A stretch of DNA of 64,000 nt, from positions 186,001 through 250,000 of the forward strand of contig NW_021833024.1 in NCBI RefSeq assembly GCF_006345805.1, given 5' to 3'. The DNA comes from Octopus sinensis (Eukaryota). Positions 51,756 to 64,000 of the stretch are shown here, in pieces. How positions within the stretch are numbered: the stretch's first letter is position 1; the number at the start of each line of letters is the position of its first letter. The notes under the pieces are model-generated. The model worked only from the letters and a program-made list of their open reading frames with translations. It did not search any database and was not told the origin of the DNA. The position numbers and the translations under genes are program-made.

Positions 51756-52902
51756 ATGTCGTCCCAAGAAACTTTGAATTTTGATAAAAAAGAACATGAA
51801 TTTAGACTACTAAACGACGAGATAGAAGAAAAAACGTCCAAACTGTTCGAAAAGGCGGACGAGCTTTTGGTTAGGTAAAAGTGTTTGATAAAATAAGAAA
51901 AAACAACAAAATTTATTAAATGAGCCACTCTACGAATCGGCAGACATGTATTGAGTTTAAAATTGTTTATTTTAGAAGCGAAGATGCTTTCTTGGTAAAC
52001 TAATAAAAATTTATCATCTTCAGGTTCCCTCCTTGTCAGATTATCGGACAGAAATGTATTAAAAATATTTATTTAGTCACAGTGACACAAATCAAGACCA
52101 GGATTTTACATTTGAAAAAATTCTCTCAAATATCGAGCAAGACACTCGTCAGCCTGAAAGTTCTCAAATTGACAGTTTAGTTAATAAATTCTGATTAGTC
52201 CAAAGATGCTCAAATTCGACTTCTCAAAGCCAAAGTTTGCGCCCTCCATGAAGAAATCGAAAAAATGGTCGGAGATATGGCCCACAAGGTCATCTCTTTT
52301 ATTGTTTAGTAACAGGAAGAAGAATCAAAAATAGCAATTAATCAAATCAAAAAACTGAACGATGAAAACGAGCGAATAAAAAAACAGTCGGCATGCTATC
52401 AACAACAACTTACAAAATACAAAAATTTAGCAGAACAGTCAAAGACAAATATCGAAAAACTCCAATCTCAGTTATCCACGACATCAAAAGAATGATTTTT
52501 GTAAATAAAAATAGGACTTGGAGACAAGTCAGCTGGATGGTCGTACTCAGAATTCCAACTTCAAGACCCTACAAATACGATTTAACAGAATGGCAGAAGA
52601 GTTAGAAAAGTGCAAGGAACAACTTGAGAAATCACGTTTTGCTTCCAAGGTTTAATATCTCTAAAACTGAAAAGGACTTATCAACTGAACATAAGCAACA
52701 TTTGGCCAATGTTGAGGCAGAAAATAAAATTTTAAAAAAACAGCAGAAGGAAATCCTACAGGCCTACACCAAGCAAATCAGTTTGATTGATAATTTAAAG
52801 AAACAAAAAGTAAATTATCCCTTAATATTGCAGGCCTTAGTGGAAGGGGTAAAATCAGTAAACTTTTTTGAGGATAAGCTGGCAAAACTTCTTGATAAAT
52901 AA
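51756..52902 (+). CDS. TEX9: TEX9 coiled-coil protein (cilium/centriole-associated)
   Basis: EFRLLNDEIEEKT, AQIRLLKAKVCALHEEIE and QQKEILQAYTKQISLIDNLKKQK match TEX9 motifs; mini-introns. Confidence 0.85.
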
Positions 52903-53141
52903 CATGTGTTTAATAGCCCATTTATTTGATTCCTTCATTTTTTCTCGTGTTGTATAGATTTTGCGTTTACTTTTATTTGGTACATTATTATTCACGTGAT
53001 TCATGTCTAGTATAAGTTTGGCTTGTTGATCTTATTTTTGAAAAGAAAACTCTAATTATGGATTTAAAAATTAAATTAGTGTATATTTATTTTTAAAAAT
53101 TCAAATCAATAAAATGCGTGTTTATAACTTTCTATTCTTGT

Positions 53142-53972
53142 ATGCCAATATATACCCCCACCAATCAAAAGCGCCTAACTAACGTTGCAGTAATTAAAAT
53201 AAAAAAATGTGGAAAAAGATTCGAAATTGCATGTTTTCCTAACAAAGTGAACGCTTGGAGAGACAAAATGTAATTTATAAAATAAAAATTATAGCGAGAA
53301 AGATATAAATAACGTTCTTCAAACAACAATGATATTTACAAACGTTTCGAAAGGAGAAGTTGCCAAAAAGGATGATTTGAAGAAGGCATTCGGGGACCTG
53401 AAGGAACTCGAAATATGCAAACAAGTACCACCTCCAACCAACCACAGATCCTCGCCTCCGGTGATTTCAACGACAACGAAAAGGAGAGACTCAACAAAAA
53501 TCAGTCAACCTTCCGTGCTGTGGCCACAGTGGTGAGCGAAAAGTGCTACAATCCCGAGACCCTCACCCCGTACCCCGTTTCCACGATCGAGAAGATAATG
53601 ACCTCGAAACTCCATTTTTCCGTCAATCCGAACATCACCGCCAAACAACAGGCAGTCCAAGTAATACGGAAAATAAAGGAAATGAATTTAATTCCTATTG
53701 AGAGGGTCGGAATGGTGATAAGAGTCGTTTGTCCAAATGGTAGTCTCTTTTTTTATTTGTAGATGATCAGCTCGTTCAGGCTGTATTGGGATATGCGAGT
53801 AGATTGGTGGATGATCATTTGAGGGAGACGGGGTTGAGGGACATTGTATGTGCTTTATTCATTTTTGCAGGAACTTGTAGTCGAGCCTGAAATGTATCGA
53901 AATATTGCTGGACTGATCGAAGTTACTGATAATGCTCATTTAGAAATTATTAATTCTAATTTTATTAAATAA
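53142..53972 (+). CDS. SBDS: Ribosome maturation protein SBDS
   Basis: [56 protein letters not shown]; 4 introns. Confidence 0.97.
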
Positions 53973-54040
53973 AATTCGATTGTAACTAGGCAATATTTTA
54001 GGACAACCGAGACTTTAAACTGATTTTATAACATCTAACT

Positions 54041-55697
54041 CAACGGTTCTCAACCGTGGTCCCCAGAAAATATATAAAATAACTTAAAAACATTAAAATT
54101 AACCTGATTTTCTTAGCGTGGTTTATCATTGGTTAAAAAGAATTTTTGTCTTTGGTCCGATTCCTATGTTCAATTTGGATTTACTAAATTCATTGCCTCA
54201 AATGATAAAATACAGGCATGATTTGTCATATAATTTTGGGAAACAATTCACTGAAACCTTCACAACTTAGGAGTCACAAAGAGTATGTACACCCAGAAAA
54301 TTGTTACTTACATGAATATTTTAAAGTCAAAAAACGAAATTTTAATCAATTTATTAGAAGGTATTTATATATCAATAGTGGAAGTTAATCAAATAATAAT
54401 GGCTTTTAAGAAAAAGTTGTTACTATTGATAATAAAATTAAAAAAAGAATAACATCAATGTTCCCAATGCTTGAATATCATCTCGGACACAATCCACCTG
54501 ATAATTTCCTTCAAAGTCTGATAATCCAAAAACTCCAAAGAATCCAAAACTCAGGCCTACGCACAATAACTGGCTGCCCTGCATCCACTCCCATCGATCA
54601 TCTTCATTGGGAATCTTGTATCCTTCCGGTCGAAGACCATTTAACGATGAGAGGACTCCAATTCCTACAGGAAATGCAAGACTTTTCTCATCCAAGTACC
54701 AAAATCTCTATTCCAGAAAACAAAAGACACATCATTTCTACTCTGGCCGATTAATGTAGATGTCTTTCAAAAATTCTCTCAACCAACAATGGGAAAACTG
54801 CGAATAAACTAATCCATGACTACATCTCCTCCCGTGCTATCAGAATGCTTAAAAACAACAAACTTCTCAACTCTCCCCCCCCCCGCCGGTCCACTCCTCA
54901 GAGAAATCACTCGGCAGATATCTCCGTGTCCAGCTTGCTCAGATTCGCTCGGGACATCATCCACTCATTTTCGAAACATGCCGCTCCTTCACCCCTGAAG
55001 ACCTCTTCCCCTGTCCTGGACCGCCTCACTTGTCTCCGCCTATTGGGATTCGAGATCTCTGGGAGCGCCCGATCTTCGCGTCTCGCTACCTGATTGCAGC
55101 CGGCTTCCTACGTGTTAGTGAAGCCGGGGTAACATAACTAACTAACTAAAGTCTGATAATCAAAAGTCTGGAAAATTTCAAGACAAAATATGATGATTAG
55201 TTTTTCGTTGAAGATCCAATTCAAACTTGACCTCATTTAAAGAATATCAGGAACTCAATTTTCAGCAGAGCTTGATTGAACTTCAATGTAATCAGTCTGT
55301 TCAGATTATTTTCAAATGTACTTCATTATTGGATTTTTGGTATTCTCATTAATAATTACTTCTTATTTGTAGGTTAAAAAATTATTCTGAACAAACAAGA
55401 TCAGAAATCTCACTGAATTACTGCTATTTTTTCTAACTATGTAAACAATTACTATCCATGTAAACAATTACTGCTAAATTTTTTTTATTAATGGAAATTG
55501 TTAAGGGAAAGACGGACTGCTAAATTGTCTGTTATTTTGATAATTTTCATGTTATTTTTATATAATAAATAGTCGAACATGTCTAAACCTGCATCTGACA
55601 AGGCCAAGTAACAAAAAATTATTTAATTTAAAGTGTTCCCCACAAAATTTTATAGTACAAAAGTGGTCCCTAATCTAAAAAAGATTCAGAACCGCTG
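54041..55697. mobile_element. Non-autonomous hAT element with 8-bp TSD, carrying a nested LINE
   Basis: Ends CAACGGTTCTCAA / TTCAGAACCGCTG; TSD ATCTAACT at 54033-54040 and 55698-55705. Confidence 0.9.
54450..55149 (+). mobile_element. LINE 3' fragment with terminal hairpin and (TAAC)n tail
   Basis: LQRIQNSGLRTITGCPASTPIDHLHWE, CPAC..H; stem CCGGCTTC/GAAGCCGG at 55100-55127, then TAACTAACTAACT. Confidence 0.85.
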
Positions 55698-55858
55698 ATC
55701 TAACTGGGCAATGTGAATACTTTTTTATAATATTTAAAGTATTAGAGTAAATAGCATATTGATCAGTGTAAAGTAATCGAACAAAAATTCGATTAGATCA
55801 ATAAAGAGAATGATTTGAAAAATTTAATTAATAAAACAGTGTTTTAAGAGTTAAATAA

Positions 55859-56453
55859 TTATTTTAATTCTGGTCTTCTCGTCTTAGGAAAGGACATCCC
55901 GACATGTGATTCCTCAGAGGGAGCGGGATGGAGAATAATGGCTGGGTGACCATTTCGGGCTGGATGGAGTTCGAATGTATCGACATTAGTGGCCTCAAGA
56001 AGTCGATCAATTACTAAATCGTAGTTTATTTCTGGGGGAGATTCGGATATGGACTGCCATTCGGGGGGAGGAGAACAAGGCGGAGATATGAGAAACAATT
56101 TCTCCATTGTTGGAACTGAGAGTTGAGTTTCGCAGTCTTTAAAGTCGGCAAAAATACATTTCAGTTTGTCTTTCCCAAACAATGCTCCTTCAAGGGAAAG
56201 ACGGACATAAACAGCCGCTTCCGGAAAGGTGAAAGAAACGAGAACTCTTTTCAAAAAAGGAAAATATTGGAATTTGACATTATTATCGATAAATACAAAT
56301 ACTCTTTCAAATTCGATCTACATGATCAAAAGCAAATAAGGAAACTCTTGTGGACTCATCCTCAAAGATTGATTGGGGCAGGTTGGTCACGTACACTGAT
56401 GAAGGAAAGTCCGCTAAATCAGATAATGTAATCGAATTTGAATTATCGCACAT
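55859..56453 (-). CDS. RCAN: Regulator of calcineurin (calcipressin)
   Basis: RRM (FQYFPFLKRVLVSF), FLISPPCSPP motif, PAIILHP; one 28-nt intron extends the ORF to ATG 56453. Confidence 0.95.
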
Positions 56454-56793
56454 CAAATAAAACAAAAATGTAATTTTATATACATAATTGGTATGTCAAT
56501 TAAAAATATTTCACTAACTGTATTAAATATAATTTATATTATATAAATAAAGTTGAAGAAACTATCTATTGAAGCAGGAATGAGGACATACACCCCTCGA
56601 CATAAATATTGGTGAATCTTCAACTTACTTCATTCATACAAAGAATGATTTAATTTTTTCTTCAGATATATTTTAAAATCTGATAAAATTGATAAAAATT
56701 AATTTAATTATTTAAATTTTGAAATTTTGTCTAAGAAATTTGGAAAAAACAACGACTTTCATTGGCATAAAATTTGGTTATTGTGAGATTAAT

Positions 56794-57910
56794 ATGTAGA
56801 ATAACCTCCTTTTGCCGAATAGATCTCCCAACACCTTTTTTTCATTGACTCAACTAATTTTTCAAGTGTTTTTGATGGAATAGAATTTCAAATATCTAAT
56901 AGATTTTCCTTCAGTGCCTGAATGTTCTCATTTTTTCTTTGCCTAATTTGAACCTTCATATAAGCCCACAAATGCTCTATCGGATTTAAATCCGGAGATT
57001 GCGAAGGCCATTTTAATTTTTTAATATTTTTTTCGCGAAAATATTGAATAATCATTTTTGATGTATGGCAGGGAGCGTTGTCTTGTTGAAAAATATAGTC
57101 AACAATCCCCATTTTTTGTACAGAAAATGGCAAATTATTGGTCAAAATAGATTGATATTTTGCAGAATTAAGCGTTTTGTCTATAAATACCAAATCGCCT
57201 ACCCCATGATAGGAAAAACAACCCCACACCATGACTTTCCCTAATTTTTTATTACATCATAATTTACCTTTTCCAAATTTGACAGTTGGAGTAATATTTT
57301 CGAATTTATTCATTTCAAATTTTTTTCTATACACAATTTTTCTTTTTTGGATCGGTAATAATTCAAAAATACATTCAGCAGAAAAGATTATTGATCTAAA
57401 ATCATGGTCTGAAATTTGAAGAAATTTTTGGAATCTGGAAACCATGTGTTTTTTGTTAGAAGTGGTTTTTTCTTTGCAATTCTTCCGAAAATTCCATTTT
57501 TATTTAAATTTCGTATTATGGTTCGAGACGAGACACGTGTTCCAGAAAACTTTTCTATTTCATTAGAGAGTTCAGAAGCAGTTAAAGATGAATTTTCCTC
57601 TGATGTGCGTACCAAATGATTAATTTGCACATTATTCAAAATTGATAGTCTTCCAAAACCATGTTGGCGGTCATATGATCCAGTTTTATTGTATTTCTTG
57701 ATAAAATTTACGACTGTTGAATATGGAACACCGGTTTCTTTAGAAATTTTAATATATGACATATTTAAGTCGTATAGCGCAATTATTTTCCCTTTCATAA
57801 ACGAATCGAGAGTATTATATCTAAAAATATTTTTTATTAAGATCAATCTCTAAATACTAGCATAATTTGACGGTTTAAATTTTATAACCAATTTTTGTCA
57901 CTAACCTAAT
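56794..57910 (-). mobile_element. Tc1-like transposon, frameshifted transposase
   Basis: HTH region, [44 protein letters not shown]; first catalytic D reads A (FSAE); TIRs degenerate. Confidence 0.92.
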
Positions 57911-57989
57911 TGCCGACATGCTTTAAATTTCTTGCAATATTAAAATTTAAATCTATTTTAATTATAAATACAAAATAAATATTATTTTA

Positions 57990-58340
57990 GAAGATCTAAA
58001 GGATCTTAAAGTATGAATTTATTCGTTTTTAAATGAAAAAAAGCAGGAAAGATTAAATAACCAAATTTTTTGTCGAGGGGTGTACATCCAATCCGTTGTA
58101 CTGAAAAGAACGCTCGAGAGTATGATGATCGAACACAAGCACGAAATGAAGGTATCTGGTGAAGAATACGCTTCTGCTTCCAACCGGTATGTGGAAATGG
58201 CATGCAAAAATGAAGACGACCCAATGAATGCTAATGAAGATGTAATGGTTAAATCAGATGTGGTAATGGAGAGTAAGAGGCAGCTGGAAGTAGGCTCTTC
58301 TTCCAAGAGAAGGAGAGTGGATATCAGCGAGCTGGAGTGA
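57990..58340 (+). CDS. Uncharacterised gene 3' exons
   Basis: Acceptor TTTTAG at 57990 and a 36-nt GT-AG intron link in frame to ..RGVYIQSVVLKRTLESMMIEH..SKRRRVDISELE*. Confidence 0.4.
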
Positions 58341-58489
58341 GATCTTCTTATTTTCTGATTAACTATTAATTTATTATTGTTTGACTTTTAGAATATATAA
58401 ATAAAGTTCATTTGATGAGTCTTATATTTACTTTCCAAAAACAATAACAATTCAATAAACCAAAAAATAATTAAATACGTTAAAAGCTG

Positions 58490-59200
58490 ATGTTTAACAA
58501 ACTGAATGCGTTTTTTATTGAGAAAAAATATGTCGCAAACACGGAAGGGATGGTAGTACAGGGCCAATTAAGAAAAGAGTTATCGTGGCAGAAGGCACAT
58601 TTGCAGACACTAGCAAAAAAAATCCTCGATGTGAACAAACAACCCCTAAACTGGAGAGTTAGTGAATGCAACGGGGTATTCAACTTTCTAAAAATAATAA
58701 CTTTAATTCATGACCACTTTGTGGAAGAAAGCTTTTGATTCATTCACCTTGATATCAGGACTTGAAAACTCTGGACTTCTTCACTAGATAAAACATTTTT
58801 GGAAGAACCTTGTCGCAAAATGGAGCTAATCCTGAACCAGGACGTGATAGGAGAGATCAAATAGAAAGATACATACCCCAGGACGATTCCTTGTTTGCAC
58901 TTATAATAGACCCCCTCAGTAGAATTCTGAACGCAAAATACCCAACAGTTATGATGTTAACCAAAATCATGATTTTATTAAATATACAACAACCATCTTC
59001 TCTTCATAGATGACAAAAATATTTTCCCATCAAGATACAATGATAATTCTAACTTTGGGTTGGGAGCTAATTTGCACTAGTATTGGGAAAGACCTTAGAG
59101 ACCATACAAGCCGACACAAGGACAAATTATCCCCTATAAAAATGAAGTTGATGTAACAAAATACTACAAATTACGAAAACAAAATTAAAAATAACTATGA
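58490..59200 (+). mobile_element. Degenerate R4/NeSL-like RT fragment
   Basis: KAFDS, YIPQDDSLFALIIDPLSRILN (GIxQGDSLSP-like), NHLLFIDD. Confidence 0.7.
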
Positions 59201-59701
59201 ATTTTTTACTCAATAAAAGTTTGTTTGAAAAGTTCTATGTTTACTTCCAAAACAATAACTCTGATTCTCTCATCATTGAGGTTGAGAATGAAGAACTCAA
59301 GAAAAAAGTTCTCTTGTTAATTTCGACAAAAATAATTTTGTATCAAAATGGAAATTTTAATATAAGTTCATTGGAGAATAAATATCGTCGTAAATAATAT
59401 GCATGAATAGGAAAAAGAACTATTCAGTCAATTTTCTCACATTGAAATTTTGAAATCGACTAAAAATGCCTATCACAATACAAATATATTAAATCGAATA
59501 CAATGGTCGCCAAAACAAATTTGACTCAAAAAACAACCAATTATGAAATCAACCACATTACAAAAACTGAAATCAAAAAGCTACAAAATTACAATTTTAT
59601 AAATGATATATTAAAAAAGTCATACATAGCCCAATCAAAATGTTATGTTCGAGCCTAATAGCCTAATTAGTCTACCAATACACTATAAAATGTATTAAAT
59701 A

Positions 59702-60918
59702 TCACAAAGATGGAAGCAGCAACCCAAACTCATGAAACGTGCCAGCCACCTTAGTAGAGCAGTTGGGACAAAAATAGCCCAATCCAGAGTCAGGCAGAGA
59801 TGTGATTCCCACACACTTCCAGTGATACCAGTCAGGACAACTATCACACCCAATCATCTCCATCTTTCCCTCAACTTTCGAACATTTAGGACATATCACC
59901 ATGCCTTCTGACTGAACAGGAGACTCCACAAGTCCCCTATTGTGACACAAATGTATTACGCAGGCACCCGAATAAGCAACGGAGTCTCCTCCAATTCACG
60001 ACTAAAACTGTCAGAGCCAAACACAACACACACTTTCTTAGGCAAAAAAGGAGCAACCTACAATTCAACCAACAACTAACTTGAGGTGAAATCTCCATTT
60101 GAGAAAGACTACTTAATTTAATTCTTACTTCACAAGGATTTTTTTTATTCGGCGTAGTGATGATGTCCTCGACTGCCCTCTTTGTCCCCCTCAGAGACTT
60201 GCGGGACTAAAAATAAAAGACATCGACAACCTTCGAGGGTTTGGAAGTGGGCTTGACAATATTTTGAGGGGACAAGAAGGCCTCAATGTCGAGAGGACAG
60301 TCCTTGATGGGTTCCTCCACCAACTCGTGTTTGAACTCGATTGGGTTATATACCGCGGGCACGTCAAATGAACGTAAATCCACCGTGAATTCAAATGGTT
60401 CAGTCAATCCGGTCACATGTTTAAATTTGTCACAATTTATATGTTTTTTGGCGGGAATATTAATTTGGGGAGGGTCGGGAATCACGTGGATGGGACATTC
60501 GGGGACTGGGGGTGATTTTTGTGTTTTGGTTGAGTTTTCTATTTTCATTTCTAAAAATATTTATTGTTATATTTTTGCCTTTAATTTTTAAATCGAGTTC
60601 AGTCTCGTGGCAATATTCAGTTCCCGCGCTTTTGAAAGGAAAATTTATCCTGTCGAGTGGTTTTGGGTTAACCACGTTAAAATCGTCTGACAGATTCAAG
60701 TCTGTGCCTTCAAAAAGTCGCTCTAAAAAGTCTGGATCTTCTGTTTTGGGGTCTGTTTGGACGAGATTGGTCCCAATCGTGTAGATGAAGGATTCCAGCA
60801 GGTCGGCCATGACATTGAGGGGGCGGGAATTTACGGACTTGAATCCACACGTTTCACATATTCTTAGAACCGACAACTTTAATATATCATAACAGTAATC
60901 ATATTCTTGAGAGGACAT
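59702..60918 (-). CDS. TAF3: TFIID subunit 3 (histone fold + C-terminal PHD finger)
   Basis: N-terminal LKLSVLRICETCGF..LNVMADLLESFIYTIG (Bromo-TP fold); PHD CPKC..MIGCDSCPDWYHWKCVGI..YFCPNC; first intron 60551-60578 is GC-AG. Confidence 0.9.
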
Positions 60919-60984
60919 ATCCTAACCACAAGACTAAACAATCAATTCAAATAAATAATTAAAAATTAATTAAATCAAAAACAA

Positions 60985-62600
60985 TTATTCAGTAAAATCA
61001 TGTAAAACAAACAATTTTTTAAATTCATCAGTGTCCACTTTTTCATCCTCCTCTGAGAGAATACAGCCCCTCCAATCTGCCCGTTCCCCACATTCCATCA
61101 CCTCACACACCACCTGCCTATCCACTCACCCAAAACAAACAACCTCCCAAAATTGACAGGAAAACTCTTACTGTTGGCCAGTGATATAAAATACCCTCCT
61201 CTCCCGTCCACTTCCATCCAGAAATACGTCTGTCCGACACCCACCATCTACATAACTAAAAAATGACCCCGACCTGATTCAGGGGGGTCTCCGAAGACAT
61301 TTTAGAGACCTTCAGACCCAGAGAACGGGCGTGGGCATACAAACAGTCCTCCACTTTGTCTGCACAGTCAATTGGAACACTCACAACCTAAAAATACAAA
61401 AAATAAATCAAACTTGCAGTTGGGCGTGCCGACTTTTGAAATTCCGTTCAAAAACAACATAAACACGAGAAAACTTCAAATAAATATCACGAAGAGCTTT
61501 TTTATAACTAGAAATGAAAAAATAAAGAAATACCACTCCATATCCTGTCTAACTGAGTCATCCAGACACACACAAGACTGCACGTGGTTTATTGGGATTA
61601 TAAGCACGTGCTGACTGTCGATCCCCCCCTTCGCCAATGCCAAATAAGACTACACGAATAAATAGACCGACTACATGTTCGGAAACACTAATAATCAGAC
61701 TTTTTTCCACATCTGAAGAGCCAAGACAAAACCAACATTCAGAACTTTCCGATTTGAATCGTTTTTGGTTATCGTAGACCATTTTTTGCTGTCTTTTCTC
61801 AGTTTTGTCAAAGAAGAACTGTGTTTCCTCCCTTTTGAAGGACTGATTGGATGTCTCAACGTAAGGGTTATCCACACATCTAATATTAGGTGCCTTCAAC
61901 TCCTCAAAAGTGCAGTATTTCGTGGGTTTTAGAGAAAAAGCATACAGCCACTGGAAATTAGACAGAAAACTACTTTATTGTCCACATTACCCACATTAGC
62001 GATAGAAATAAAACGAGAAACAATTTCTTTCCCATTTTTATTGGTCCATCTGAATGGGGATTGTTCGTAGAAGACTGGTTTGGAGGATGTGAAGTGATAT
62101 CTTGGTCTGACAAGGCTAGGAGTGGTCCCTGTCTTATCTGGCCAGTCAAGGGAGAGGAAAATGTCCACGTCGACTGAGGGGATGTCGACTGGGGACATTC
62201 CTTGGTAGGCCACCACCAATCCGTTGGGTAGTTCGAGTAACTCAGAGTCACCTGGGTTTGTGATTTGTGTATTTATACTGATAAATTTAATTTTGGGGTA
62301 ATTGTTGTGGTCAGTCGGTGTCTGGGGAGTGAAAATATATGTTGGGATGTTGACTGGATTATATAAATGGGAGTGATACTTTGGGAAGGATCAAATCCAC
62401 TCCAATTGTATTCTGTGGCAAAAAAGTCGCCCACGCAGAAAAGTAGCTATGATAAATTAGGCAAATAAAACGTCAAAATTGCCTGCCTTTTTTTGAATTG
62501 TTTCAATTCGGCTAAAAAGTCGTTCAAATAAACCGTCGACGTTTCCAGATATTAGACTGATTGGTAAGAGATTTTAAAACTACATTCGCAACGTCGACAT
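60985..62600 (-). CDS. CWF19L1: CWF19-like protein 1 (spliceosome disassembly/debranching-associated)
   Basis: IQKKAGNFDLLFCVGDFF, VRPRYHF, CWFCLGSSDVEKSLIISV, YLALAKGG, HVLIIPINH; many mini-introns. Confidence 0.95.
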
Positions 62601-62897
62601 GTTTAAACAATAAAATGTGCATCATTTACTATAGTTTAAATATTGTAAATAAAAGTCCATATTTATAGAAAAATTAGAATTGTATGTTTAAAAAAATTAA
62701 AATTGATGTAAAAATATGCAGTTTATCAGAGTACTACCGATTGCTTAACCAGAGATGAGATTTTGACTTTATTTTATCAGAAGGTTAAAAACCTGGAAAA
62801 TTTCCGCGACCTTGTAGTTAGTTGACCGTCCTTGTTAAACGGAAACCTTGAGATTAATTATTCCATTATTTAACAAGGTAAAATAATGTAAGTGTCT

Positions 62898-63315
62898 TTT
62901 TTTTTTCTTTTTTTTTTTTTTCAATCAAAAAATCTATAAATTGACAAATAGTTATTAACTAACTAAATTCCGGCATCGTAAATGGAAACACAGTTTCCAC
63001 GTACTATGGCCAAGGAAATCCTTTCGAAAAGCCACTTGGACTCGCGTGGGTCTCCCCGTTTATGGAGATCATGCGGCCAAGCTTTTTTAGAAAGGAAAGA
63101 GACTTTTCGCCGATGACGCCGGAAGTCTCGACGGCGATGGGAGTGAACAGATACCGTTCAGAGAGCTCCTTGTACTTTCCAATCTTCATCTTCTCGGTTT
63201 TGGCGAGAGACTGAGCCAGGCTCGACAGCTGAAGAAGGAAGGTTGAGCTCCGAGAAAGTGTCTGAACACGTCGCATCCCATAACAGAGACTTGCCGAACT
63301 CAAACGGGAAAGTCG
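62898..63315 (-). mobile_element. 5'-truncated CRE-type retrotransposon with poly(A) and 12-bp TSD
   Basis: KYKELSERYLFTPIAVETSG, RISLAIVRGN; TSD ATGTAAGTGTCT at 62886-62897 and 63316-63327. Confidence 0.93.
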
Positions 63316-63539
63316 ATGTAAGTGTCTGTCATAAAGGAATATATAACCCTTATTTTTGATTGTTTCTTTTTTTGTGGTTTCTTTGTAGTCGAAAGTTAAG
63401 TTTTTGAAAAAATTTTTCGACAGGCTTATTTAAATTAGGGCATGTTTATTCGCTTTTTCTCAAATAGATGTTCATGTCTAAACAATATTTTGATTATTTA
63501 TTAATTTGAATCAATAGATTATGTAATAATTATGTAATA

Positions 63540-64000
63540 AATGAAGTGTTGATATCAAATAAAGTATATCAAATAAATTCAGAGAAGAGATTGATTTGAG
63601 AAATCAATTGAGGAAGCCCGCTGCCTGTATGGAAAGCGAGTTCCCTCGGAGTATGGCTATTCCGATCCTTTGTCTTAGCCATACTCCTTCACGAGGATCA
63701 TTTTTCTTTGTGGCGAGCATTCTTCCGAGTTCGCGCAAGAACTCGGCAGTCGCTGGGCCAACAGCTCCTGATGACTCAGCCGCAACAGGGGTGAATCTGT
63801 AGCGGTCCCCGAGGAAGGAATATTTTTTGGTTTTAAGGTTTTCCGCGATTGAGGCAGCTGCTCCAGGTGTCTGAACCGATTTAAGGAGATTCGTGCTTGA
63901 GTAAGTATCGACGCAAGTTGCGTCCCAGACCAAAGATCGTCCGGAGTTGAAAGGGAAAAGAGTCATCCCGTCAGGTCTCTTTCCATCACCTCGATCGAGA
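63540..64000 (-). mobile_element. CRE-type retrotransposon RLE region (another subfamily), runs off the window
   Basis: [45 protein letters not shown]; this part is an intact frame. Confidence 0.92.

Noticed and set aside
60095-60135. Apparent 20-nt intron in TAF3 (GTAAGAATTAAATTAAGTAG)
   Set aside because: The frame stays open through it (EVRIKLSS) and matches the phase of the next intron, so it is coding.
60286-60784. + strand ORFs overlapping TAF3
   Set aside because: Antisense to a conserved gene, with no motifs.

Overview
AT-rich nuclear DNA from a highly compacted animal genome. No bacterial features such as CRISPR arrays were seen. Host genes are broken by ultra-short spliceosomal introns, mostly 22-31 nt, so the supplied ORF track shows only exon fragments. 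Manual splicing recovers about 19 conserved genes: a DCST1/2-like protein, PRCC, MRPL50, an ALKBH7 pseudogene, RINT1, a Sec-containing Rdx/SelW-family selenoprotein, SRPK, PDSS2, PP2A-B56, gamma-tubulin, Beclin-1, TTC37/SKI3, MCM10, a CREC EF-hand protein, TEX9, SBDS, RCAN, TAF3 and CWF19L1. There is also one tRNA-Ala(CGC). Metazoan markers plus these intron sizes fit a dicyemid or similarly reduced parasitic animal; this is inference and was not verified. Intergenic space is packed with decayed transposons: Tigger/pogo, Tc1, hAT/Buster, a Merlin-like MITE, RTE and other LINEs, and seven CRE-type RLE retrotransposon pieces. Main leads: (1) a hidden selenoprotein with an in-frame UGA (CxxU) and an atypical SECIS candidate; (2) operon-like gene spacing with TTAG|G acceptors just upstream of start codons, suggesting possible trans-splicing; (3) an apparent ~22-nt minimum length for 3' splice-site choice; (4) an intronless, truncated TTC37 with an inverted 95-bp copy of its own CDS upstream; (5) a MITE inside the PRCC coding region; (6) a possible shared CRE target motif.
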